The notes under the pieces were generated by a model. The model saw only the letters and a program-made list of their open reading frames with translations, had not been told where the DNA came from and did not search any database. A DNA stretch of 63,683 bases, counting the filler, from Folioceros fuciformis (taxonomy: Eukaryota), in assembly GCA_049999805.1 (NCBI GenBank). It is 4 parts of 4 records of this genome, joined end to end, with 100 filler letters (N's around TTAATTAATTAA, not from the genome) between each part and the next. Parts side by side here need not be neighbours in the genome. Positions count along the whole stretch, not along the records: positions 1 to 28,784 come from JBNGIO010003122.1; positions 28,885 to 39,055 come from JBNGIO010003123.1; 2 more parts are not named here. One strand, written 5' to 3'. Every line of letters starts with the position of its first letter. Position 1 is the stretch's first letter. The translations under genes and the position numbers were made by a program. Below, piece after piece: positions 24,983 through 35,419 of the stretch.

Positions 24983-27900
24983 TCACTGCCTGTCCATGTG
25001 CATAGAATAGTCAGCCAGGCCCAAGCCTGACAGATGCTTATAGTGTTTGTACTTCACCAAACCCTTTGTTAACACATCTGCCACGTTGTCCTCTGTGCCT
25101 ATGTAACCAACCTTCACAGCTCCATGCTCCACAACATCTCTGATGTAGTGGTGCTGAATTTCAATGTGCTTAGTGCGCGCGTGGAACCTGGGATTGGCTA
25201 CGAGGGCAAGTGCAGACATATTATCACAGAGAATTGAGGTAGGTGCTTGCTGAGTTTGCCCTAAGTCATGCAGAAAAGTTCTTTCCCATTCGGCTTCCTT
25301 TGAAGCATCAGTTAGGGATTTATACTCTGCTTCTGTTGATGACAGGGCTATTGAGGAATGCTTTTTGCAAGACCAATTCACGGCTGAGGATGAGAGCAGG
25401 AAACAATAAGTCGAAAGGCTTTTCCTGGAATCGCTGTCTGATGCCCAATCAGCATCCGTAAAACCAGAAAGTGTAAGTTTCCCTTGCCCAGTCCTTCTGT
25501 AGAAAAGTCCATATGTATGGGTACCCTTTAGGTACCTAAAAATCCTCTTAACTGCTGTCCAGTGTGCCCTGCCAGGTTTCTCCAAGAACTGCGATACTGT
25601 ACTAACGGAGTACTGAATATCTGGCCTGGTCCAGTTAGCAACAAAAATTAAGCTACCTATAGCGTGCCTGTAGGGTACATCGAGCATATCCTGGACCTCT
25701 TCTGGAGTCTGCGGGCAGTGTAAACTGGTAAGCTTGACCCCTGTAAAATAGGGAGTGGTAACAGGCCTAGCCTCATCAAGTTTGAATTTCCGAAGAATGT
25801 CGTTGATGTACTTGTGTTGGTGAACAATAATCAGGCCTTCCTCTCGTATCCTTAGGATCTGAACCCCAAGGCAATATTTAAGCTCTCCAATGTCCTTCAT
25901 CTCAAACTTGGAGCTCAACATGTGTTTTACTTCAGCTAACAGAGATTGGCTGTTTGTTGCGAGGATGACGTCATCTACATACAACGCCAAAACCACGAAG
26001 TCCTCACCTCTGCTCAGCCTATACACATTGGAGTCGGCAGTGCTCTGGACGAAAGAGATATGTATGAGGTAAACGTGCATGGTTGTATACCAAACCCTAC
26101 CACTCTGCTTTAAACCATAAATGCATTTTAGTAGCTTCAGAACTTTGGTGGGGTGTGCAGGATCCTCATATCCCTCTGGCTGCATCATATACAGGTCCTC
26201 ATCAAGAGCACCATAGAGGAATGCCGTGCAAACGTCCATTTGTTGTAGATCCAGGTCCAACTCCGCTGCAAGGGCAAGGATGATCTTGATAGATTGTGAA
26301 CGAACCACAGGAGAAAAGGTCTCTTGATAGTCCAAGCCTTCGATTTGGGTAAATCCCCTGGCCACAAGTCTTGCTTTATAACGTGCAATTTCTCCTTGGG
26401 CATTCAGTTTTAACTTAAAAACCCACTTGCAGGAGATAGGCTTGCGTCCAGGGGGCAGATCGACAAGATCCCAAGTCTTGTTCTTAAGCAAGGATTGGTA
26501 CTCGTCCTCCACTGCGATTTGCCACTTGGAAGCATCAGGTCCTTGCATGGCCTGCCTATAGGAACTGGGTTCCACAGCTGGGAGGATGTCAACGGTAGCA
26601 CCATAAACTGCAGAGGATGTCCGGAAATCCAAGGACTGATATGGAGGCTCCCTCCACTGGTCAGGAGGGGGCCTGTGCCTAGTCGAGCGCCTGGGGGCAG
26701 GTGCTGGCTGATCTGGAACAATCTGAACAAAATCCTGGTCAAGAAAAACAAAATCCCGATCGGCATCTTGATCAGGAGGTTGATCTCCAGCCACCTCGTC
26801 AGCCAGGTAGGGGTCCTCCACTGAAGCTGCATCCTGATCGTCGTTACTGTCAGTCTGATCTAATGACAGGTCTGCATCATTTGGGGCAGAGTCTGATGGA
26901 TCCTGCGCAGCAACAGCTGGTGGGGCAGCGTCATCAGAAGGAAAGGTAACAGTATCTGCAGCTGCGTCCTCATCCAATGATGCTCCCTCAGAGGGGACAG
27001 CAGCATGTGGAGAGCCAGCTATAGATTCCACAAAGGTAACACTGCGTGCTAAGACCAGTGCTTGTGTGTCAGGGTCATATAGTTTATATGCTTTGACATG
27101 CTCGCTGTAACCCACAAAGATGAGACTACACGATCGGTTATCTAACTTTTTGCACTTGTCAGCAGGGACAAAAGCAAAAGCCTTGGAGCCGAACACTCGT
27201 AAGTGAAGTAAACTAGGCTTCCTGTTCCAAAACACTTCAAAAGGAGTTTTTCCTTTAACCGAGCTGGTAAGGACCCTGTTCAAGATGTACGTAGCTGTGA
27301 CGACAGCCTCTGCCCAATATGCTTGAGGCAAGCCGGCCCACAGCAACATACTCCTGGTCATACCAAGCAAGGTTTGATTTTTGCGCTCGGCTACGCCATT
27401 CTGTTGTTGAGTATAAGGGACAATCAACTGCCGGCTAATGCCCTGCTCAGATAAGTAATCGTCAAAAGCTTGATTGACGAACTCTGTTCCATTATCACTT
27501 CGCAGGATCTTGAGCAGGCAGCCAGATTGGCGTTGCACTATGAGAAGCCAATCCTTGAAATAACTCAGTGTTTCACTTTTCAGGTGCATCGGATACGTCC
27601 AAGAGTACCGGCTGAAATCATCTGTCAATGTCAGGTAATAGAGAGCACCCCCAAGGGAAGGGGTGTGTATCTTCCCAGAGATAGCAGCATGCACAAGCTC
27701 TAACACCTTGGTAGCTCTATGTGCAGTCTTAGGGAATGGAAGTTCCTTCTGTTTTGCAAGTATACAGGACTCACAAATGGGAAGATCCTTGAAACAACTA
27801 GGTAAGGGTTCCCGATGACAACCAAGATTAGACATATCAATGAGCTTATTTCTGTTGGCATGCCCTAGCCTAGCATGCCAGAGTGTAGCCAACTGGCTGG

Positions 27901-28399
27901 ATTTCATATTAACAGTGAACACTGCATGGTGAGCAGACTGTGGGAGACATCTTATCTCGAGCCTATACAAGCCATGGTCTAGAACGCCTCTAAATGCACA
28001 GACACTGGGAGAGATCTTCCTGTAGAAGCAGCAAGCATCATCAATTACACGTATCTCATACGTGCGCATCTGCATGATCTTACTCATCGACAGAAGATTT
28101 TTTGCCATGTCTCGTACGTACAGAACGCCATCGATGTCCTGCATGGACCCATCATTGAAGAGGAAAGTACAGGTACCATATCCTTCAACTTGCAAGCTTG
28201 TGTCACTTCGCTCATCTCCTAACAAGACTTTGTCCTTCATGTGGCGCAGGGCCAACGTGGAGAACAGAGTTCTGTCGTTGCATATGTGGGTGGTAGCTCC
28301 TGAATCGAGATACCAGTCACCAACATCATGAACGGTGCTTGTGAGGCAGACTGTTAAGATCTTCACTGTTGCTTTTCCAGTATCTCCCTTGTCCTTCAC
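24983..28399 (-). CDS. Copia Pol polyprotein (protease, GAG-pre-integrase, integrase, RT, RNase H)
   Basis: WYLDSGATTHIC; WHARLGH..CESC; ILRSDNGTEF..QQNGVAERKN; YKARLVARGFTQ, QMDVCTAFL, LYVDDVIL; FTDADWA..SSTEAEY..HARTKHIEIQHHYIR. The first integrase Asp is changed to Ala (VHAAISG versus VHADISG in copy B). Confidence 0.97.
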   Translation of the reverse strand: MKDKGDTGKATVKILTVCLTSTVHDVGDWYLDSGATTHICNDRTLFSTLALRHMKDKVLLGDERSDTSLQVEGYGTCTFLFNDGSMQDIDGVLYVRDMAKNLLSMSKIMQMRTYEIRVIDDACCFYRKISPSVCAFRGVLDHGLYRLEIRCLPQSAHHAVFTVNMKSSQLATLWHARLGHANRNKLIDMSNLGCHREPLPSCFKDLPICESCILAKQKELPFPKTAHRATKVLELVHAAISGKIHTPSLGGALYYLTLTDDFSRYSWTYPMHLKSETLSYFKDWLLIVQRQSGCLLKILRSDNGTEFVNQAFDDYLSEQGISRQLIVPYTQQQNGVAERKNQTLLGMTRSMLLWAGLPQAYWAEAVVTATYILNRVLTSSVKGKTPFEVFWNRKPSLLHLRVFGSKAFAFVPADKCKKLDNRSCSLIFVGYSEHVKAYKLYDPDTQALVLARSVTFVESIAGSPHAAVPSEGASLDEDAAADTVTFPSDDAAPPAVAAQDPSDSAPNDADLSLDQTDSNDDQDAASVEDPYLADEVAGDQPPDQDADRDFVFLDQDFVQIVPDQPAPAPRRSTRHRPPPDQWREPPYQSLDFRTSSAVYGATVDILPAVEPSSYRQAMQGPDASKWQIAVEDEYQSLLKNKTWDLVDLPPGRKPISCKWVFKLKLNAQGEIARYKARLVARGFTQIEGLDYQETFSPVVRSQSIKIILALAAELDLDLQQMDVCTAFLYGALDEDLYMMQPEGYEDPAHPTKVLKLLKCIYGLKQSGRVWYTTMHVYLIHISFVQSTADSNVYRLSRGEDFVVLALYVDDVILATNSQSLLAEVKHMLSSKFEMKDIGELKYCLGVQILRIREEGLIIVHQHKYINDILRKFKLDEARPVTTPYFTGVKLTSLHCPQTPEEVQDMLDVPYRHAIGSLIFVANWTRPDIQYSVSTVSQFLEKPGRAHWTAVKRIFRYLKGTHTYGLFYRRTGQGKLTLSGFTDADWASDSDSRKSLSTYCFLLSSSAVNWSCKKHSSIALSSTEAEYKSLTDASKEAEWERTFLHDLGQTQQAPTSILCDNMSALALVANPRFHARTKHIEIQHHYIRDVVEHGAVKVGYIGTEDNVADVLTKGLVKYKHYKHLSGLGLADYSMHMDRQ

Positions 28400-28784
28400 A
28401 GCTATGCTGGCAGACTGTCTGGTGGGCTACGTCTGCTGGGGCTCCCTTGCCTTCTTCTTGCGGCAGTCGCGTGCCCAGTGGCCAGGTGCTCCACACCAAT
28501 TGCAGTTTCCTGTTTTCTTTGTGCTTGAAGGAACAGAATTAGTAGCAGTACTTGAAAAGTACTTGCCTTTTGTTTTAGTGGGCTTGAATTTGACTGCCAA
28601 CACTTTGTCAGCTTTGGACTTTGTGTTTCCTGTTGTAAATAGTCAGCTTTGTTCCTCCTGATGCAGAGCAGCCACTATGTCATCGACAGTGAGGATGCTT
28701 GCATTTCCAGCGGCAACAGCAGCCTGTGATGTACACAGAGGTCCGTTGTACGAGCTGACAAATTGTTGAAGTGATGCTGGCAAA

Positions 28785-28884
28785 NNNNNNNNNNNNNNNN
28801 NNNNNNNNNNNNNNNNNNNNNNNNNNNNTTAATTAATTAANNNNNNNNNNNNNNNNNNNNNNNNNNNNNNNNNNNNNNNNNNNN
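28785..28884. other. Artificial contig-join spacer (44 N + TTAATTAATTAA + 44 N)
   Basis: Identical 100-bp construct occurs three times; the linker has stop codons in all six frames. Confidence 0.97.
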
Positions 28885-30107
28885 GACTTGGGAGAGGCAA
28901 GCCATATTCTTGGCATGCGTATTCGTCGAGATAGACAGAAGCGTTTGCTGTACTTGTCTCAGACTGAATACATTAATAAGGTGCTTCAACGCTTCAATAT
29001 GGAGAAGGGGAAGGTATTAAGTACTCCGTTGCCTCCATATGTGAAACTGTCGAGCAAGGATTGCCCAAGCTCTGCAGAGGACAAAGCTGAAATGGAGAAG
29101 GTTCCATACTCATCAGCTGTAGGGAGTTTGATGTATGCAATGATTGCTACACGTCCTGACATTGCCTTTGCAGTGGGAATGGTTAGCAGGTTTATGTCAA
29201 ACCCTGGCAGGAAGCATTGGGAGGCAGTGAAAGGAGTTATGAGGTACTTGAATGGTACAAAAGCTTTGTGCTTATGTTTTGGTAGTGAAGATGCATCTGT
29301 CGTGGGCTATACGGATGTTGATTATGCAGGGGATATGGACAAAAGGAGGTCCACATCAGGTTATGTCTTCATGTGCACTAGAGGAGCAGTTTCATGGCGA
29401 TCGCGTTTGCAATCGTGCATAACGCTATCTACCACAGAGGCCGAGTATGTTGCAGCGACTGAGGCGTGCAAGGAAGCCATGTGGCTTGCTCGTTTAGTGG
29501 GAGATTTGGGGATCAAGATTGAGCTGCTAGTGTTGTATTGTGATAGCCAGAGTGCTATCCAATTGGCGAAGAATCCAGTGTTTCATGCGAAGACCAAACA
29601 TGTAGAAGTGAAGTATCACTTCATTCGAGAGGTGTTGGAAGACAAGAGGGTACAACTTGTCAAAGTTCACACCAGTCAGAACCCTGCAGATGTTCTCACC
29701 AAGGGGCTCTCTTCGGAGCAATTCGCACAAGCTCGGACACTCATGGGCATGAGGTAGATCACTGTCCTATCAAGGTAATTGGCCTTTAAGGGACGGTTGT
29801 AGGGTTATTAAAGCCCAATGTGCCTAGACTAATGTGTTTAGTCTAAGATTAGTGTCTAGTTAAGTATCATTAGTTTAGATTAGCTTAAGCTAATCTCTAG
29901 GAAGCTTCTTGTTCAGCTTCCTGTGGGCTTCTTGTGAAGCTTCCTAGGGAGCTCTTCTAGAGGGTATAAATACCCCCTTGAGCTCCCTTGCATATTGAGA
30001 CCTTTTGTGAGATTGTGACCTCTCTTTCTCCTCTCCTCCTTGCCTCCTCCTCTCCTCTCCTTCACCATGCTCCTCTAGCCATCCTTCACCAAGGAATGTT
30101 CATAACA
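28885..30107 (+). mobile_element. Ty1/Copia element 3' end (Tnt1/Tork-like RT C-terminus, RNase H, PPT, 3' LTR)
   Basis: ORF 28888-29757: LGEASHILGMRIRRDR, PYSSAVGSLMYAM..TRPDIAFAV, GYTDVDYAGDMDKRRSTSGY, LSTTEAEY, FHAKTKHVEV. Purine tract at ~29788-29797, then LTR TGTAGG (29798)...TAACA (30107) with TATAAAT near 29965. Confidence 0.92.
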
Positions 30108-31402
30108 AGTTTTGCTAGAGATGAAGGTGAAGTGGCCTTGCTTCAAATATCAGAAGGTAGAAGTGAATGAGGATGGGTCCTCGAAATCTAGAATCAAGCT
30201 TGTGTATCGGGAAACTCATCCTTCAATTATGGTTGATTATCTCAAAGAAATGCTCTCCAACTTTATTGCTCATGACTTTGTCTAGAGATGGCAAGCCCTG
30301 GAGTTCAAAAAATGCATAGACTGGTATCCTGAGGATGTGGTTGTCTCTATCATCAACTTTTCACAAAACTATTCGTTCCAAGTGCAAAACGAGATACATC
30401 TATGTATTGGCATAGTGATCAAATCACTATCTTAGTCCATGTCACATATATGCGGATGGGACGAGTGGTTGAGGAGGACCCCTACTATAATGTTCAAAAG
30501 TTTTACCACTTTTATATTAGTGATGACATGCAACATGACACACTCTTTGTTCAACACACTTTGATGCTACATTGGGACTGGTTGTTGTCCAATGGATATA
30601 AGAAACCACATGAGCATTGGATTTGGTGGAACGGTAAAGCCTCCCAGTTCAAAGCTTGCAAGCCAAGCTATTTTGTGGCAAGGTACCCAAGCCTGACTAG
30701 TGGATGCAACATGTTATGGAGTTATTTTGGCTCTAGCCATGGCAACGGTGAGCACGATGGGGCATGTGTTATTTTGAAGAGGGCACTTCAAGCCCAGGAG
30801 TTGACACCATCATCAACAAAGCTACAATGCGCTGCAGACGTGATAGACTTCCTACGCGGTAGCATTTCAAATGGAGCAACATCCTCCTATGCAAGTGGTG
30901 AGCGGCAAGTACAGAGGGTTTTTTGGCTAGTGGGTAAGGATGAAGTCAACCAAAGGCAAATGTGGGGGTGTGCACCAATTCCAAGTTCTAAGACCATGCG
31001 TAGCATTTACGGGGATGCACTCGATGGGTCCAACCCTCGGCTAAAGATGCACCATCTATCATGCTTTTGTGCGGTGTGCATGGACAACAACCATGCTGCT
31101 TGTGAGACAGTGCCCCACACAGGCATTTGGCATTCAGTTTCCTTGAGGCCAAACATCATGGATGCCATTGGGTGGATACAAACCCGTAGGTGCACTGCAC
31201 CTTCATTCATAAATGTAGATCATGGTGATGGGGTGACAAACAGAGGTAATGAGGGTGTTCTGAATGAGGATGTCTCTTAGATGGTTGACATATTGGAGCC
31301 TGGAGACAACTTCCTAGTTCGAGCAAATCCAACTAATGAAGGGTCTGCTTTTTATTTGGTAAAGTGCATTGTTCCAGTGCATGTGCTTATAGAGCATACA
31401 AT
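30108..31402 (+). mobile_element. Sola-superfamily (Sola2-like) DNA transposase pseudogene
   Basis: VVSIINFSQNYSFQVQNEIH.MYWHSDQITILVH, FYISDDMQHDTLFV, IWWNGKASQFK, WSYFGSSHGNGEHDGAC..LKR, LSCFCAVC. These are decayed versions of the DF.ENY / SDG...QFK / FF.S.HGKG..DG motifs. Flanked on both sides by LTRs. Confidence 0.7.
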
Positions 31403-31602
31403 TGCAAAGTAAAGCATAGAAGTAGTCTAGCGTTAGCAGTCAATAGTTAAGTCAAGTTGATCAAGTTAGAGCTAGGGTTAATTAGCCGATTATGAAAAGA
31501 CACACAATTATTGAAAACCCAACCGTCATTGTATATAGCATACACACAAACCTTTGTAAGTGTGAATATTTTTAAATGTAGAATGCTTCTTCCAAATTTG
31601 CA

Positions 31603-31612
31603 TGGTATCAGA
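31603..31612 (+). promoter_or_regulatory. Primer binding site (initiator tRNA-Met)
   Basis: TGGTATCAGA immediately after the LTR-terminal CA. Confidence 0.85.
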
Positions 31613-32293
31613 ACAAGGTTGATAAGTGACGCATAGCATCAATGCCAGCAACTGCCACCCGTATGCTTTAAGGGAAATGGTGCTCCCTCAATCTTTTCTG
31701 AAAAAAAAAAGAAATAAAATGCAAGGCAACAAATGAAGCTATAAGGATTTGTTGAGGAGACAAATGCTCAGTGTGGTTGCAAAAACAATCGTAACAATTT
31801 TGGTCGTGTGACTCACATTTGTGGCACAGAATCCATGCAACTCACATTTGTTGTGCAGAATCCAAGCAACTCATGTTGAGATTTGGTAGGCCATAGCCGT
31901 GGCACCGTGGCCGTGGTCGTGGGCTTAGGGAACCCCAGCCCTTGTAGCAATGCCATAGCGCGCCCCGCCGTGGCACGATGCAGCATAGTAGTGATGCTAG
32001 AGGCGCAAGTCTGGCAAAGAAATTCGGCAGAAATTGCATTGTGGTAGTGACCCAATGTGGGGTCATGCTCAGCAAAGGACAGCAGCAATCCCGACGGTAG
32101 CGATTGGAGGCAGGAGCATGTCAAGGTGGTAGCAATCCATGGCAGACACAGGCCGCGGCGGGAGAAATTGATGGCTGGAATGTTGAAGTGGGAATGCAGT
32201 CTCGCTACCAGCAATTAGACACAAGAGAAGGGCATGGCGCCAACACAGGTGAAGCACAATCCCCGTGGTTGTAGTTGCCTGGCAGTGTGGTGA

Positions 32294-32592
32294 GGGAGCA
32301 GATCGCGGTGACACTAGAGGCTGGAGCAGAGCGCAGTGACACTGGTGGCTGGAGCAGATTGCGGTGACACTAGAGGCTGGAGCAGAGCACGGTGACACTG
32401 GTGGCTGGAGCAGATTGCGGTGACACTAGAGGCTGGAGCAGAACGCAATGACACTGGTGGCTGGAGCAGATTGCGGTGACATTAGAGGCTGGAGCAGAGC
32501 GCGGTGACATTAGTGGCTGGAGCAGATTGCGGTGACGCCGGAAGTTGGAGCAGATTGCGATGACACCGGAGGCTGGAGCAGATCGCGGTGAC
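32294..32592. repeat. 28-bp tandem array (~11 units) with alternating A/B variants in the Copia leader
   Basis: ggctggagcagagcgcRgtgacactggt alternating with ggctggagcagattgcggtgacactaga. Confidence 0.92.
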
Positions 32593-35419
32593 CCTCCTCA
32601 TCTGCGAGAGAGGAGAGGCAACGATTGCCACCTTACTCCTAAGCCATGCACATGCTCCTACACTCAATGCCAAGATCGTTTGGAACACAAGGGGAAAACC
32701 AGGTATGGAATGGCAAACCAAGACTAGCCCAGGGCCACCTGATGCAACCCGCCGCCATGCTTGATGCTTTTTGAAGAGGTCAGGTTCAGTTGAGAGGTCA
32801 CCAGGTAGAAGCAAAGGGCAGCATCTGGATCCTCCCCTCACCTCGTATCAAGGGGCTACCATGGCAACTGTGACACGGCTTGACTTCAAGGACAAGGATC
32901 GATTTTCTGGAGCAAACTACGACGTCTGGGCTCGGAGGGTCAAGACCTTGCTGCAAGTCGAGGAATTGTGGGACATCGTGGATGGCACAATCTCCAAGTC
33001 AGGGGCCAACACATCGCAGGCCGTTGTTGCAGCATGGACAAAGAAAGATCTCAGAGCAAGAGCCATACTGGAGGCCACTATTGACAGTTCGATGATCCAC
33101 CACATAGATGATGCATGTGAGTCACACATGGCATGGATGGCTTTGTCACAGATGTTTGCGACTACCAACCAATCCTCCCTAGTACATGCTACCAGATCTT
33201 TCTGGAACTGTAAGATGAAGGACACGGACAGCGTTGAGGAGCATGTAATGTGGTTTCGCCACCTTAGGCAAAAGTTGGCATCTGCAGGTACGATAGTCAC
33301 GGAGTTGCAAGCTTCAGGGGCTTTGCTCATGTCATTGCCAGACAAATGCCGGGTGTTTGTCAGCACACAAAACAGCAGCTTGAGGACTGCTACTGCAAGT
33401 TCTATGTCCTTATCTAGTACAATTGGTGCCCTACTCAAAGAGGAAGCGACCCTACATCCAAGCCGTGGAGGCCAAAGCTCACACAGCCAAGTCCTTTATA
33501 CTGGCAGAGGAGGAAGAGGGGGTTGTGGTGGCCACTTTGCTACAAGACCACCATCGCAGGGCAGAGGCTAGACAAATGAAGGTCGAGCTCTGTCGAATCC
33601 CAATCATAGGAAAGTCACTTGCAACTGGTGTCGTATCTTAGGCCACATCGAAGCCGATTGCCAAAAGAAAAAAGCCGGGGAGCCAAGAAAAGCATCAGAG
33701 GCTCATGTGGCTGCCCGGGCCAAAACGACAAACCCAAATGCCATTCTCACTTGTGCCTCGCACACACCAAGGCTGATCACAATTATTGGTTTGTCGATTC
33801 AGGTGCCTCAACACACATATGCTACACTCGAGAAGGCTTTATCAAATACAATAGCTATACACCTGGGCAGTTTGTTCTACTTGGAGATGAGAGTGGACTT
33901 GCCGTTGCCGGCTATGGCACCGTGCAAATCCAGCTGCAAGATGGGTCTACTCGCCTTCTTCACCAAGTGCTACACGTTCCACAGATGTGTAAAAATCTAC
34001 TGTCTGTTTGGCATCTTTGCAGGGATAGACTGTCAACATCTCATTCGACGAGGACCATTGTGAGCTGCAAGAGACATAGACAGATCACATCCTGGCCCTT
34101 GGTACCTTGCACCCTGATTTATACAAGCTGGATTGTATTACATTACCTGCTAGAAGTCCACAAACCGACTCAACATCCCAAGTAATGCTGGCCAAACGTC
34201 TTACACATACTGATCCTCAACTCTTGTGGCACTCAAGACTTGCACATCCGAACTTCACGAAGATGAAATGGATGACAGAGTAGGAGTTGTATCGTGACCC
34301 ACTCGCTTGGAAGGTCACTGACACACATGTATTATGTGGTGCCTGCATCCACAGCAAGATTGTCAAGAAGAAGCCTAAGAAGGGTGAGCATGACCATGCA
34401 TCTGACTTATTGGAAATGGTCCATACTGATCTCTGTGGCCCAATGTCAACACCATCTCTTGGTGGTTCCCTTTATTTCATGGCTGTAATTGATGATTACA
34501 GTAGATACACCACCACATATTTCCTACGCCACAAGAGTGAAGCCTTAGAAATGTTCAAGCAATATGTTGACTTCTCTCAAAGACAAACTGGGAAGACCCT
34601 CAAAGTGCTTAGAACTGATAATGGAGGCGAATTTATTAGCGGCGATTTCCAGTCATTTTAGTTGGCATTGCCCGTTAACTCACATCATCTCACACATCCA
34701 GCCAAAACCCATTGGCAGAGGCTAAAAACAGATACCTCCAAGAAGCAGCTAAGGCCATGCTGTATCAATCTGGTTTACCCAAGCAATATTGGGCATATGC
34801 AGTACAGACTGCAACATATGTGCAAAACCGCTTGCCAACCTCTTCTTTCACAGGAGCTACCCCATATGAGAGATGGACTGGCTGTCGACCATCCATTTCA
34901 CATCTGAAAATATTTGGCAGCCATGTGTATATCCACATTCCACGGACCCAAAGAACGAAGCTTGATTACCATGCCCGTGCCATGACCTTCATTGGGTACA
35001 CCGAGGGGATCAAAGGGTACAAGGTATATGACACTAGCTCTGGCTATGTTACTCACACCCGTGTTGGTATATTTGATGAAGACACCCTGTTGGTTGCGGC
35101 TTGTGCCCGAGAAGGGGGGAGACAAGATGATGTGATGACTGACTCTATGTTCTCTGAACTCCATAGCGATAGTGATTCTAAAATTGAGTAGATAACTCCA
35201 AGTGTGAGTCAGCCACGAGCAGCTCTGCCACAAGCCCCAATCCATACTTCAGCTCCAGGCTCAAATCCGCCACTACAAGATGATGCAGATGATTGTGATG
35301 CATATGAGACCAATACAAGTGTGGGTGAAGCTCATACCAATGTGCCAATACAGCCTGAACCTGGTCAGCCTGCTACGCTTAGGAGGTCAGCGAGACACCA
35401 TACAAGTTCTCCCCTGGAA

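Larger units (their letters stand above)
23971..28784 (-). mobile_element. Ty1/Copia LTR retrotransposon, copy A (5' part lost at the assembly gap), same family as 55347-62155
   Basis: 3' LTR 23971-24130 (TG...CA), PPT next to it, pol ORF, gag zinc knuckle CNWCGAPGHWARDC near 28463-28505. High similarity to 55347-60100. Confidence 0.95.
31403..35419 (+). mobile_element. Ty1/Copia element, 5' part (LTR, PBS, long leader, gag, protease, integrase), degenerate
   Basis: 5' LTR 31403-31602 bounded by TGCAAA...TTTGCA, PBS TGGTATCAGA at 31603. Gag from ATG 32861 (RFSGANYDVWARRVKTLL..LWDIVDG), knuckle CNWCRILGHIEADC, WFVDSGASTHIC, VHTDLCGPM..LRTDNGGEF. Stops and frameshifts. Cut at 35419 by another LTR. 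Confidence 0.92.

Noticed and set aside
28427-28429. In-frame TAG between gag and pol as programmed read-through
   Set aside because: Copy B has CAG at this codon and its own stops elsewhere, so this is mutational decay.
25243-28661. Plus-strand ORFs repeated in both Copia copies opposite pol (e.g. 25243-25461, 26495-26824, 27470-27703)
   Set aside because: Shadow frames kept passively by pol conservation, mostly with non-ATG starts.
28785-28884. Palindromic TTAATTAATTAA flanked by Ns (also 39056-39155 and 54259-54358)
   Set aside because: Identical 100-bp construct with six-frame stops: an assembly spacer, not biology. Adjacency across these joins is not trusted.
32294-32592. 28-bp repeats as a CRISPR array
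   Set aside because: Units are contiguous with no unique spacers, there are no cas genes, and the context is a eukaryotic retrotransposon.
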